Positions 37,536 to 49,849 of a stretch of 64,000 nucleotides of DNA are shown here, piece after piece. Source of the stretch: Callorhinchus milii (Eukaryota); the NCBI RefSeq assembly GCF_018977255.1, contig NW_024704743.1, positions 14,200,001 through 14,264,000 on the forward strand, written 5' to 3'. Below the pieces are notes generated by a model. That model did no database searches, was not told where the DNA came from, and worked only from the letters and a program-made list of their open reading frames with translations. Each line of letters begins with the position of its first letter. Within the stretch, counting starts at the first letter, position 1. A program made the translations under genes and the position numbers.

Positions 37536-37842
37536 GTGGAGTCCTGTAGCTCAGTGGTTAGAGCACTCGCCTCGCAAACGAGAGACCTGGGTTTGATTCC
37601 CGGCAGAGCAAAACCTTGGGCAAGGTTCCTCACTCTGCACGCCTAATAATAATCTCTCAACAAAAACAATAATAAATTGGTCACTTCAATCCACGATTGT
37701 TTGTAGGACACTGCTGTGCGCAATTGGCTGCCGTGTTTTGCTCCAAGTGTTCAGTCAATTCACTTTACAGCATATTCTGTGAAGTGCTTTGAGACGTCTA
37801 GAAGATGTGAATAGCACTATGTCAAGAGCAAGGATTATTATA
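37536..37842 (+). mobile_element. tRNA-Ala-derived SINE, full length
   Basis: gtggagtcctgtagctcagtggttagagcactcgcc... through aggattatta. Confidence 0.9.
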
Positions 37843-38079
37843 TTTATATTATTTAAATAATTAAAATGTTTTCATGTAGCAACAAAGCATGTCAGCTGTC
37901 CACCCTATCTGTTAGCATATTACTTTTTTTATATCAAACTTGAAAGAGTGAAGGGCTAAATAAAGGGGATTTGAACCTAGCACTTCTGTTGTTTGGTGTG
38001 GTGCTCAAATGATTGAACCACATTGGATATGTTTTGATTAAATGTGACTAAATGAGTTCCAAGTAAATTACAAAAAAAA

Positions 38080-38262
38080 TTGTGTCACTCAATCCACGAC
38101 TGTTTGTGGGGCACTGCTGTGCGCAATTGGCTGCCGTGGTTTGCCCACAAAATACACAATCAATTCACTTTACAATATATTCTGCAAAGTGCTTTGAGAC
38201 ATCTCAAGGATGTGATACGGCGCTATATCAAATGCAAGGATTATTAATAATATTATTATTAT
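38080..38262 (+). mobile_element. SINE 3' part
   Basis: caatccacgactgtttgtggg...cgctatatcaaatgcaaggattatta. Confidence 0.85.
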
Positions 38263-40053
38263 TTTTATCTCCCCCCCTTTTGGGAGTGTTGTAATTCTCC
38301 CCATAAGTATAAACGTTCTGATTCTGACATCTCAAAACAGGATTTACTCCAGTTCCCATTTCTACACTCGGCAAACCCTCTCCCCGTTCCCAACACGTTC
38401 ACAAGCTGCTACGTGTTGTTTCAGACAAAAAGTCAAATCCCCAGTTGTCGCAAGTGTCCAGGCTGTTACTGTTGCCGGGTTACTTTTGAACCCTCTTTTA
38501 AACTCTTTGCAAATAAATGTGGTCGACTGATTTGTACTGCATTGTTCCAAGCCAGCAATTCTGTTGCCTGGCACTTTCTGAATTTATTCCAGCAGGATAC
38601 CAGACTCCGCCTCCAGCTTCCTTAGCCACCTTCCAACAGTGGAACAAAGAGTGCTCTTTGTGGGGTTTTTCCTCTCTGTGGACTTCAGTGTCTTGCTAAC
38701 TCTGAAGAGGTTTCAGTTGTGAACGGTGGGGGAGATCACAGAACATTTCAGTGGCGAAAGGCTGACAGTAAATAGTTAGAAGTAGTATTAAACCAGCGAT
38801 TCATAACCATTGTCCAATGCCAGTAGTGCATGATGGCATATATCCTGCTAGCACCACCTCACACTATCTCTGGAAATGCTTTGGTGAGTTATATAGCAGT
38901 TCAATTCAAATCATTGTCTACATTTTGCTTACTAAGGGATTACTTTACTATTTTGATATTAATTCTTATTAATACTGTACAAAGCATTCATCGTAGTACC
39001 TCCTGTAAGTATTATTGATGAATCTGTAAAAGTAATATGTAAAACAGTACTTTCTGAATGACTGTATTAGTTGATGTTAGCTTAATTTAATAATGTGTAA
39101 TGTAATGTTTTTGAGCTGTTTTTTAGAGGCAAAAATAGTGTCAAAATGGACTATAATATTTATTTTAGTGTCATTTATCTGGTATTTAGTGAAATGTCAC
39201 AATGCACTTGAAAAATACAATGTGTTTGTATTGTGTACTTCACACAGAAGTTTTAATTGAAGTTAAAACAAATACAGGCTGATACACTGTAGTGTCATTT
39301 ATGCAGAGAAAAAGGATTCTACTCCCGGCTTATGTTAACTGTATTGAATTAACCAGATCTGAGTTGTTACTATATATGCCGGAACAGCCAGGCTGATCTC
39401 TTCTATTTCACATGAGTGCTCAGAGAGCCTTTTAACCAACCATTTTTCTATTAGTCTCCAGCCATCAGTAGAAAGCAGATGCTTTAACCCATTCGATCAA
39501 AGTTTTAAGGTTGATAGATATGGCACAAAAGTTAGGATAAATACATTTAAAGATCATCAGGCAAACATTTAGAAAGTACTGAAAAGTTATAATTGTTGAT
39601 ACAAAGAATAATGTGACCATGTTAGTAAAGGTACTTACTAACTTACTTTTGTACCGTGTACATGACTTGTGTCTGAGCTAGATTTGCTAATGACACAATT
39701 CCAATAAAAGTTACATTATCAAGACCTTAATTTTTTGATCATTGGGTTATGCAGAAACCCTTCACTCTGCTTAAGTATATCCAAATCAGACTGAGAGCTC
39801 CACATATTTATGCCACTTACCCATGGACATTTCCCGGTGTCTCGACTGCAATGTGCACTCTCTCCCTGGAGGGACACACCCTGCTTATCTAATCCGGAGA
39901 GTATTAGGCATAGGTTGACGATATCCATGACTTTGGGACTCCCAGAATGTGTGTTGAAAATACTGGAGTTTAATTAACTAAAACTGCATAGCTTGCTATC
40001 GAAAATACTGTCTGACAAGGCTTCCCACTGCTTGACCAGTTAGGAAGACACTC

Positions 40054-40785
40054 TAATAATAATAATCCTTGCATTTGATATAGCGACTTATCTCAAAGCG
40101 CTTCACAGAATATACTGTAAAGTGAATTGACTGTATAATTTGTGGGCGAAACATGGCAGCCAATTGCACATAGTAGTGTCCCACAAACATTCGTGGATTG
40201 AAGTAACCAATTTTTTTTGTGAAGGAATTATTACCCCCAGAAAAGCAATTTGCCAATTGACTACAGATTCCTACTAACTGCTGGGTAAACAAACTATCTA
40301 TTAGTGTTTTGACTTGCAATATTAACAGCAGCCAAATGGGAAGAATCCCTAACCTGTTCTGTCTCTCCAAGTCTTGCCAATGAGGCAGGCTGGCTGGTCT
40401 GTCATCATCAACAACAACAACAACAATTTGGATTTATATAGTGCCCTCCACGCCGGACGGCGTCTCAGAGTGCTTCACAGTAGCAGAGCCAGGGGGAGGG
40501 GGAGGAAGGTGACGAAAGGTGCGGTCGAAAAGAAAGGTCTTCAGCAGAGACCTGAAAGTAGGAAGGGAGGGAGCAAGACGAAGGGAGTGAGGAAGGCAGT
40601 TCCAGAGCCTCGGGGCATAGTGGCTGAAGGCACGGCTGCCGAGGGGGGAGCGGAGGACTCGGGGGACGAGGAGGAGGCCAGACCCGGAGGAATGAAGGCA
40701 ACGGGTACTGTTTTGAGGAGAGAGGAGGTCAGAGAGGTAGAGAGGTGCAGAGGAGTGCAGGGACTTGAATACAAGGGTGAGGAAC
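40054..40785 (-). mobile_element. SINE 3' part (40054-40290) and L2 3' end (40405-40785)
   Basis: (TAA)n and (CAA)n tails; L2 loop variant acgcc-gtcc-ggcgt on the minus strand. Confidence 0.82.
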
Positions 40786-42319
40786 AGATGTGGTATGTGA
40801 AATTGTGAAATGTGAAATTGTGTGCTCTAACATTTTGTGAACTGGTTGCATATGAAGTGAGAGATGCACTGAGCTTTCAGCTGTAGCTGCTAATTACAGT
40901 AGAAGAAAATCCCATGTTCACACTGATGAGGAATGACACAAAAGAAGGTGGATCCAGCTGAGGTGGCAAATAGTTCAACAGGAAGCAAATACAATAGGTA
41001 GTAAGATAGTAATCTCTTAAAAAATGCCTCCACAAGGCCTTCATGTGGAAAACAAGCTGGACTTATTCAGCGCTTGTCTTTAAAAATAACTCACTTACAG
41101 AACTACAATAATAATAATCTTTGCATTTGATGTAGGGCCTTTCACGTTGAAAGAACATCTCAAAGAGCTTCACTGTAGAATCTGTGTATTTTTTTCTTCT
41201 TAAGATCATCCTATCCTAAGATTGAAATTGTGAAGTATGTAATTTCAAAGAATGAAACTATCCTCCTCCCCAGGCAATTTTTAAAAAAAAAAATATCTTC
41301 CCCCACAATAACATCAGTAAGATTATCTTTCTTACTCATGTTGCCCTGCAAGAGTTGCAACTCGTTGCCTGCTAACAGCTAATAGTTAGGAGAATCCGAA
41401 CAAGTCAATTTTTAACAGCAAAGTTTACAGTACACAGAAACCTGCAGTATTTTGAAGGGCCCAGATAGTTGAGGTGAACAGTCTAGCTTCTAAAATAATT
41501 TTTAATTTGTCTCCAGACTTGCTTTGCTTAAACACCGATTGTGAAAAGAATGTTTCATGAACCGTCATTGCAAAGGCTGAGTTACCGTGTGGATACAGGA
41601 CTTGCTGCAGCCTTTCCCTGTGTAGTTGCGAATGTCAATGCTTTGAAGGATAAAGTAGTCACTGTATTCAGTGTGTGTTGTGTTGATTCTGAGCATTCTT
41701 CACTTGTTGATACATATTCAAAAAGAGGAGGGAGTTTCTCCCGGTGACCTAACCAATAATCCCCCAAATAAAATTGGTCACTCACTCCATGGCTGTTTGC
41801 GGGACATTCCTGTGTGCAAATTTGTTCCTGCATTCGCCTACGAAATACAGTCAATCCACTTTACAGTATATCGTGTCAACCCCTTTGAGGCATCTCAACG
41901 ATGTGATAAGTCACTACATCAAATGCAAGGATTATTATTATTTTGCTACATTACTTTATCTTTTCTGATGGATGAAAGTAATTCTTTTAAAAGCAATAAT
42001 CATTGCAGACATCTCAGTCATAAGTGTTTTATTTATTGCATTTATTGGACGAAACTGGAGAATTACTACTGACTTTATTTTTCCCTCCATGTATCTCATT
42101 GTTCACTGTTCTGCATTGCAAATTAGTGCATCTGAGATGCAGTTCATTAATTCTTTCTGAAGGGATACGTTGGGAGTCTTAAGGTTTGAAGGTTGATTTC
42201 TGCTGTTTGTACTGGGTGGTAGGAGACGAGTTTAGAAAAATATATTTAGAGATTTTTATTCAACTCTGGAAGATTCAAAGGAAAGACTGAGTCGGTTGTG
42301 TGACATTATTTTGGCACTA

Positions 42320-43130
42320 TTATAATAATAATAATGCATTTGATATAGTGCTTTATCATGTCTTCAAGATGTCTCAAAGTGCTTCACAGAATATATTGTG
42401 AAGTGAAATGACTGCATATTTTGTAGGGCAAAACCAATTGGGAGCCAGTTGCGCACAGCAGTGTCCCAGAAACAATCATGGATTGAACAAATTATTATTT
42501 CTTTAAAAACTGCAAAGTTCTGTGGGCTGCTTCATCCACGCATTCATCACATCCAGGCTCAACTGCGCAAACTCCCTACTTGTCGCCCTCCCTAACTCCT
42601 CCCTCCACAGGCAGCAGATCATCCAGAACTCTGCAGCCCATGTTCTCTCCTGCACCAGGCTTCGCGACCCTATCACCCCCATCCTCACCCAACTCCACTG
42701 GCTTCCCGTCACGCAGAGGATACAGTTCAAGATCCTGGTCCTCACCTTCAAAGCCCTCCACGGGCTTGCTCCCCCCTATCTCTGTGACCTCCTAATCTGT
42801 CTGCTCCCACCCCTCAGCAGGCTCTGACCTGCTTCACGTCCCCCACCTTTGCCGCTCCACCATTGACGGGCAGGCCTTCAGCCTCTCTGCCCCCCACACT
42901 CTGGAACTCCATCCTGTAGTCCCTCCACCTCGCCCCCTCCCTTGCCTCCTTCAATGGAGACCCGTCTCAAAACTCTCTTCTCCGACTGTGCCTTCAGACA
43001 CCCCTACCCTCCCCGCCCTCCACCCCTCCTGATCCCAATCACCAGCTTGTGTGTGTATCCCTGACTGTCCAGCGCCTTGGGAAAGTTCTCCTGATGTGAA
43101 AGGTGCTATACAAATGTAATTTGTTGTTAA
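42320..43130. mobile_element. SINE fragment (minus, 42320-42495) and L2 3' end (plus, 42530-43130)
   Basis: IHAFITSRLNCANSLL...LHWLPVTQRIQFKILVLTFKALHGLAPPYL. Confidence 0.88.
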
Positions 43131-43704
43131 AGTTGCTTTCTTAATGGAAGGATTATTTTTCAGTGCCTTTCACGTTAGAATGGACATATCCATTAGCATA
43201 GGATTTCAGAGGAATAGCAATAAGAAACCATGTCAAGTAGAAAGGGTAATAGTTGATCAATAAGACAAGACAAGATGTAGCAGGACTTGAACGAGGATCC
43301 ATTGCCAGATGCTTCAGTGTCCGACATGAGTGCAAATCACTACAGTAAAGATGAAAGATATGTAGGCAGTACATTTTCTTGCCATTTAATGGCACTCTCC
43401 ACTCTCACTCTGTTTTATCAATATTCTTATGATCATTGGATCTTTCTTTCTTCCCAAAATCGTATTCCTCCTGGCACAATCTCTAACTAAGTATTTCTTT
43501 CCCAGGACCTCAAAGATATGAAACAGGTTTCCAGGAGTGTGGTGGACTCATTTAAAACTCAGTTAAATGTTGGGATCAGAGGATGGCTGGGCCTATATTT
43601 TGGAGGGATGAAAGGATCTATTTTATCCAAACTGATCTCGTGAATTCCTTAAATAGTCAGTGTAATACTGTTTAACAGATTAAATTGTTTTACTCTTTCT
43701 ACAG

Positions 43705-45572
43705 AAAAACAAGCCTCATTCGATGGCCTGTTGAATGACTTAAACAGCGAGTCTCAGGAAAACAGTTTACGAGCCACGTATCCACCAGGAGGACGTGGCA
43801 CTTGTGGAAAATCTTTGTTAGCACCAACTAGTCACAGTACTTCAGTCCACAACAATCACACTATCCATTCAGAGATTAATCCTGCAAAACCCAAGGTAGT
43901 GACAGTGGTAAAGGCAGGCAGGCAACCATACAAGAAGATAACAATTCTCTTGAATAGACGCTGTATGCAGACCTTTGAACAGCTTATTGCTGATATATCA
44001 GAAGCTTTGGGTCATCCCTGCTGGAAAAGTCAATCAGTGAAAACGCTGTACACTTTGAAAGGGAAAGAAATAAGAAGTGTTTCTGACTTCTTCAGAGGAG
44101 ATGATATGTTCATTGCTGCAGGGAGAGAGAAGTTGACTATGGTAGATGTACAGGACGTTTTAGAAGAACTTTATCCTGACAGTCCATGTGCCCAGAGCCT
44201 GATTCAACAACAATGGTTTCAGTCTCAGAAACCTTATAACAAATGCAGTGATAAGAAGGGATCAAAGGCAGATGAGCCTGAGCTTTCCAAACCTATTGGC
44301 AGTGTTAAATCTGCAAGACAAATAGCTAAAAACATAGAGAAAGTCAGAGCCACAGTCAGAAAACAAGAAAGAGAAAAGGCTCGGAAATGGGAACAAGAGA
44401 GAAGCGAGAGAGAGAAAAGAGAACTGTCCGAGAAACAAAAAGAGAAAGAGAGGATACAGAAAAAAAACCCAAGCTTTAATGCTGACAGAGAGATTGAAAA
44501 GTGTAAGATCAATAAAAGAGAGGTGAAGCAAAAGCAAGAAGAGATGAAACGAGAGATCAAGAATGACACAGGAACATGCAGAAGTGAGTGCAGAAGAACA
44601 AAAGATGAAATCAAGAGATTTTGGGTCCCAGAACTTGAAGGGGAAAAAGAGAAAAGGGAAAAGGGAAGTGATCAAAACTTGCTTTATGAGGTTGAAGAGA
44701 AAGAAAGAGAATACACAAGGAAAAGCAGAGGGAAGAAGTTGGATGCTGAGCGAGCACAGCCGCTAAATAATATAAAAGAGGAAAAGAAGCAACTGAAAGA
44801 CAGGAGCAGGTTGGTGAAAGTGGAATCTGAAAGGTGGCAAAATGGGAAACTGCGATACCATGAACAGGTAGATAATGATGAAGAGGAAGAAATATATAAT
44901 CATCCAGAAGGCTTACTGAATGAAGAAGATGAAAACTATAAAAATGCAAAACAGGAGAATCAAAAGGATGAAAGAAAACAATATTGTGGACAACAAAAGC
45001 TAAGGAATAAAGAAGACCAAAGGTGGAAAGATATGGGATGCAAAGAAGCTCAAAGCCAACCTCCGAGTACTTTTGCTGTAGAAAAAATTATAATCAGAAA
45101 AGACAATGATACTCAGTCAAGGGAAACACATATGCTCACATCAAAACCACAACAAACCATACCTCAGAGAGAAATCGAGAGTTATTATGAGATTGGCAGT
45201 ACTATTGGGGATGGCAACTTTGCTTTAGTAAAGGAATGCAGGCTTAGGAATACAGAAGAGTGGTACGCAGTGAAAATCATAGATAAAGCAAAGATAAAAG
45301 GAAAAGAAGATATGATTAAAAATGAGATTGCAATTGTAAAGAGCATTTCACATCCTAATATTGTGAGGTTTATTGAAGAGTTTGAAAGTGATACTGAGAT
45401 ATACATCATTATGGAGTATGTTCATGGAGGGGACCTATTTGACGCAATTACAGAAAATGTTAAGTTTACAGAACAATGTGCCGCCTTCATGATAACCAAT
45501 CTTTGCAAGGCCTTGGCATATATCCACAGTAAGAACATCGTACACAGAGATATGAAACCAGAAAATCTTTTG
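43705..45572 (+). CDS. DCLK3: DCLK3 large coding exon (1868 nt): single doublecortin domain, charged linker, kinase subdomains I-VIb
   Basis: Acceptor tttactctttctacAG ends at 43704 (phase 1); donor TTG|GTAAGT at 45573 (phase 0). Translation has KPKVVTVVK...LLNRRCMQTFEQLIADISEALG...LYTLKGKEIRSVSDFF (DCX) and IGDGNFALVKEC...AVKIIDK...GGDLFDAI...HRDMKPENLL, recognisable as vertebrate DCLK3. Confidence 0.96.
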
Positions 45573-45609
45573 GTAAGTAGCATGTCAATTAAACTTTTAG
45601 TTTTTTGGA

Positions 45610-45789
45610 CAGGGTGGTCCAATCTTTTGGCTGCTGAGGGCCAGATGCCCTATTTGATAAACATCTGGGGACCACATAAGCAGTGATTCTATTCCAGAAT
45701 CATAACATACTATTTACGGGTTATGGAGGGAACAGGTGGGCCAGATGAAATTGGCCCGCGGCTGGATGCAGCCCAGTTGGACCACCCGG
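45610..45789. mobile_element. hAT (Charlie-type) non-autonomous DNA transposon / MITE
   Basis: TIRs CAGGGTGGTCCAA and TTGGACCACCCGG; internal gagggcca and ggcccgcgg motifs; right flank GTCTAGAC fits the NTCTAGAN target, left flank degenerate. Confidence 0.7.
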
Positions 45790-46884
45790 GTCTAGACGAA
45801 CTGTAATGACAAATATCCACTGACCCATGAATATATCGAAATTGAATATTATTATTGTTATTATTTTTATTATCATTATCAATGTGGCATTCTTCCTTAT
45901 TCATTTATCTTTCACATACCAATGAGTTGGAAAGTGAAGAATTTCGGGGAACTACTGCGATAGTGTCCATTGATACTTAAAGGGTTAATAAATGAGGCAG
46001 AAATTTACATTGCCTACATTAGTTAGATTTGGTCTTCCTCACTCTTTGAATACAGTTATCTTCTACATAGCAGGCAATTGCCTTCGATTCCTGCTGATTT
46101 TTCTGATTGCTTGGATTGCTTGGAAATTTTTAGCAAAATTGATTAGAATTAACCGTATATTTGAAATGAATGAAGAGTTCAGATGATTTGAAAATTATGA
46201 AGAGCAAATATTGAATGGATTGTTAATCATCTGAAGCCTAAAATTTGCCATGCTCTTAGCTTGAAGACAATTGTCGTCTCATGATGAATTTTGGAAAATG
46301 TTAAAGTTCAGTTTGGAAGCTGCTTTTATACAGTTGCATTTATTACATAACAAAAACTCTTTTCCAAAGTGAGTCTGAATTCAAGAATTTTCCAGATTCT
46401 ATGTCATCTTAAATTTTAGGTTATCAGCCTTAAGGCTAACACCATGTGAATTACCAGAACTTTGAATGCACGGATTTATTTGGCTCCTCTGGCACCATCC
46501 ATTCTTGTTTACATTCTGTGTTCTTTGACCTCCACTGCTGCTATACTTCATTATTGCTCCTATGGGGTGATGGTGTAGAATAGCACAGAATCTCATAGAA
46601 TATTGTTTAGTGAAGCAAAAAGTCATGGGAGTTAAAAGAACATTGGGTTCTTTCACATAGTAAATTACAAAGCCTATCATGTTAAAGTCTTAAAGGGACT
46701 TTGTCACTGTGATTTCCCCACAGTGGGTAACTGGGCCAATCCATTGGTATGTGGAAGATGAACAAGATTCAAAAAAATGAGGAAGGCCAAACCAGAAGTA
46801 AGTAAAATTACAGAGCTATCGTTTACAAGCTTATTTTGTGAAGATAAGATTTGTTCTTAAATTGGAATAATAAGTAACAATAAT

Positions 46885-47285
46885 GATAATCCTTGTATTT
46901 GGTATAGTGCCTTTCATGTTGGGAGGACATCTCAAAGCACCTCATGAGATTTACTGTAAAGTGTAGTAACTGTATTTTGTAAGCGAACATGACATCCAAT
47001 TTGCACACAACAATGTCCCATACACAACCCTGAAGTGAATGACAAATTTTATCTGGGGGAGTGTTGGCAGGACACTGGGAGAAACTCTCACGTTTTTTTC
47101 GAAAACTGACAAGGAATCTTTAATGTCTACCTGAACAGGGAAGATGGAACCTTGATTTAATTCCTCATTTGAAGGACAGCACCTCCAACAGTGCGGCACT
47201 ACACAACACTGTACTGGAGAATTAACCTAGACTGTGAATTCAAAGTCCCGACGTGGGACTTCAACCCACAACCTTTCGGTTCATT
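46885..47285 (-). mobile_element. Older Deu-type SINE, intronic
   Basis: ggaatctttaatgtctacctgaac, caacccacaacctt, L2-like tail. Confidence 0.78.
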
Positions 47286-47445
47286 GGCAAAACAATTTGA
47301 GATATTCTCCCAAAGTGAAAGACTCTACATCAAATGCATCAATATTATTATGCAGTCTAAATATTGGGATTTGCAACACGTTTCAAAATGATTTGCAAAT
47401 ATCAATTTTCTGCCAGATTTTTGTAAAAGAAGGAAATATAAGGAG

Positions 47446-47760
47446 TGGAGTCCTGTAGCTCAGTGGTTAGAGCACTCGCCTTGCAAGCGAGACACCTGGG
47501 TTCAATTCCAGGCAGGTTGAAACCTTGGGCAAGTTTCTTTACTCCACACGCCTAATAATAATGCCTCCAAAAAACAAAACAATAATACATTGGTCATTTT
47601 CAATCCACGACGGTTTGTGGGACACTGCTGTGCACAATTGGCTGCCGCGTTTGCCCACAAATATACGGTCAATTCACTTTACAGTCTATTCTGTGAAGCG
47701 CTTTGAGATGTCGAGAAGATGTGAAAAAGCGCTATATCAAATGCAAGGATTATTATTGTT
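47446..47760 (+). mobile_element. tRNA-Ala-derived SINE, full length, intronic
   Basis: gtggagtcctgtagctcagtggttagagcactcgccttgcaagcgag...gggttcaattcc. Confidence 0.92.
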
Positions 47761-48431
47761 ATATTGCAAGGAATTAACCATATCAGAATGAACCTGAAGA
47801 ATCAGAAAATGAGGTGAAAGAAGTGGATTGAAAAAAATAATTTTAATTAAAAATACTCATACGTACTAACAGTATAAATGACTGAAAGAAATCATGGATA
47901 AGATGATGATTTCATGTTTGAGAAATGATAGTTATATTTTTGAATTTGTTGAGTTTATAGCATGTGTGGATATGTGGAGTGCTTTGCTATGGTATATTTA
48001 TTATGAAGATATATAAACTGAGGACAATAAGAATTTGAACTATCATTGTTTCCACAAACAAATTTCAGATCAAACTGACCGAACTTCTAGTTTATTCTTC
48101 TGTTCCAATATCTGATTTTCGCCTACAAAATACCCAGTTACTACACTTTATACTAAATCCTTTAAAGCATTTTGCGATATCCTCTCAATGTGAAAGGCAC
48201 TGTATTAAAAGTAACGATTGTTATTAAAAGTATATTTCCTTTCAGTACATGGTCCACATTGCTCATTCTTCTGATGAATTTTATAACTTTACATTTCTCT
48301 GAGTCAAACTGCATCTCCCACCTTTAATCACATAAGCTTATCCACACCACTGTGAGCTTTTGCACATGCGCCTCACAATAGTTGTGGACTATAATTTTGC
48401 GCTCAGTCAAAGATAAAAGTGATAACTTATA

Positions 48432-49504
48432 ACAACAACAACATTACATTTATATAGCGCCTTTCATGTTGGGAGGACGTCCCAAGGTGCTGGACAGACA
48501 GAGTTATAGACTACAGACTGAGCTGGAGGTCAGGGTGGGGCAGGGGGGGAAACAGGGAGATCGAAGGCACGGCCGAAAAGTAGGATCTTGAGATGGGTCT
48601 TGAAGGTGGCAAGGGAGGGGACGAGATGGAGGGACTGCGGGATCGAGTTCTAGTGGGTGGGTGCAGAATGGCGGAAGGCCTGCCCGCCATAGTGGGGCGA
48701 GCAAGGCGGGGTCGTGAAGCAGGACAGAGCCCGCTGAGTGGAGGGCGTGATCAGGGTGGTAGGGGTTTAGGAGGTTGGAGAGGTAGGGGGAGCAAGACTG
48801 TGGAGAGCTTTGTAGGTAAGGACCAGGATCTTGAACTGTATCCTCTGTGTGATGGGAAGCCCGTGGAGTTGGGCAAGGATGGGGGTGATAGGGTCACAGA
48901 GCCTAGTGCGGGAGAGGACACAGGCTGCATAGTTCTTGATGATCTGTAGCCTGTGGAGGGAGGAGTTGGAAAAGCCCAACTATAATTATAAATGATTATA
49001 ATTATATAATTATAAATCATTATAAATGATGAGGGCTATGGAGGGGAAGCGCTCTGAGGCGCTACCCTGTGTGGAGGGTGCTATATAAGTGCAAGTTGGT
49101 CTTGTTCAAGGGCCAAATAGATCCTCACACTTGTGCTCAAATCCCTTCACGCCCTGGCACCTCCCTACCTCCTCATTCTCCAATCCACTACCTGGTGCCT
49201 CCGCTCGACTGGCACTCGCCTCCTGCTTGTCCCTTGCACCCTCCGCCCCACCATCGGAGGTCCCGCTTTCAGCCACTACACCCTGAAACTCTGTAATGCT
49301 CTCCCTCAGTCCCTCTGCCTTGCCCCCTCTCTCCCCCTTTTCAAGTCCTTCCTGAAAATTTTCCTCTTCGACTGTGCTTACGGCCACCTCTCCCACCACC
49401 CCGGCTCGGAGTCAGGCTCCGCCACTGTTAAGCACTCTGAGACACTACCCTGCGTGGAGGGTGCTGTATAAGTGTAAGTTGTAGTTGTTGTTGTTGTTGT
49501 TGTT
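48432..49504. mobile_element. L2 3' fragments: minus 48432-48978; plus 49047-49105 and 49120-49504
   Basis: LHRLQII..LHGLPITQRIQFKILVLTYKALH (minus); LKSLHALAPPYL...LKIFLFDCAYG with (GTT)n tail (plus). Confidence 0.88.
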
Positions 49505-49601
49505 TTCTTAACTTATTCATGGTTTTTTTTATGAGAAGTAAATGTGTAACTGAAAGCTGTTGTGATTTTCATGTTTTTGTGGTATTATCTTTTTGACAGG
49601 T

Positions 49602-49654
49602 CTCTGAAATGGTACCTGGTGTGAAGGACACTATATAAATGAAAGTTGTTGTTC
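49602..49654 (+). mobile_element. 53-nt L2 3' tail inserted at the DCLK3 splice acceptor
   Basis: ctctgaaatggtacctggtgtgaaggacactatataaatgaaagttgttgttc, flanked by 9-bp TSD TTGACAGGT (49593-49601, 49655-49663). Confidence 0.85.
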
Positions 49655-49661
49655 TTGACAG

Positions 49662-49794
49662 GTTCAGTGCGATGCAGATGGAAACACAGCACTGAAACTG
49701 GCGGACTTTGGTCTTGCCGTGAAGGTGACAGAACCGATATTTACTGTATGTGGAACCCCGACATATGTGGCTCCTGAAATCCTATCTGAGACAG
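49662..49794 (+). CDS. DCLK3: DCLK3 kinase exon with DFG and APE motifs ([45 protein letters not shown])
   Basis: Too short for the ORF track; translated by hand. Acceptor cttgacAG ends at 49661, donor ACAG|GTACCT at 49795. 133 nt, phase 0 to 1, joins in frame to both neighbours. Confidence 0.95.
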
Positions 49795-49849
49795 GTACCT
49801 AGAGCAATGTCAAATGGATCCATGGTTGCATCCACATATATAATTGTAG

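Noticed and set aside
37536..37610. tRNA-Ala-like sequences (also at 47446, 22640, 18711, 8893)
   Set aside because: No acceptor stem, and each continues into a SINE body and tail; these are SINE heads, not tRNA genes.
38413..38770. Cys-rich ORFs as DCLK3 exon 1
   Set aside because: The frame reaching the only plausible phase-1 donor (GACA|GTAAAT) has a TAG at 38623-38625 and no later ATG.
44234..44949. Hydrophobic antisense ORFs over the DCLK3 exon
   Set aside because: Expected by-product of the purine-rich E/K/R codons on the sense strand.
43731..45686. 651-aa ORF as a complete single-exon protein
   Set aside because: It starts at TTG inside an exon and runs past the GTAAGT donor; the kinase is completed by three downstream exons.
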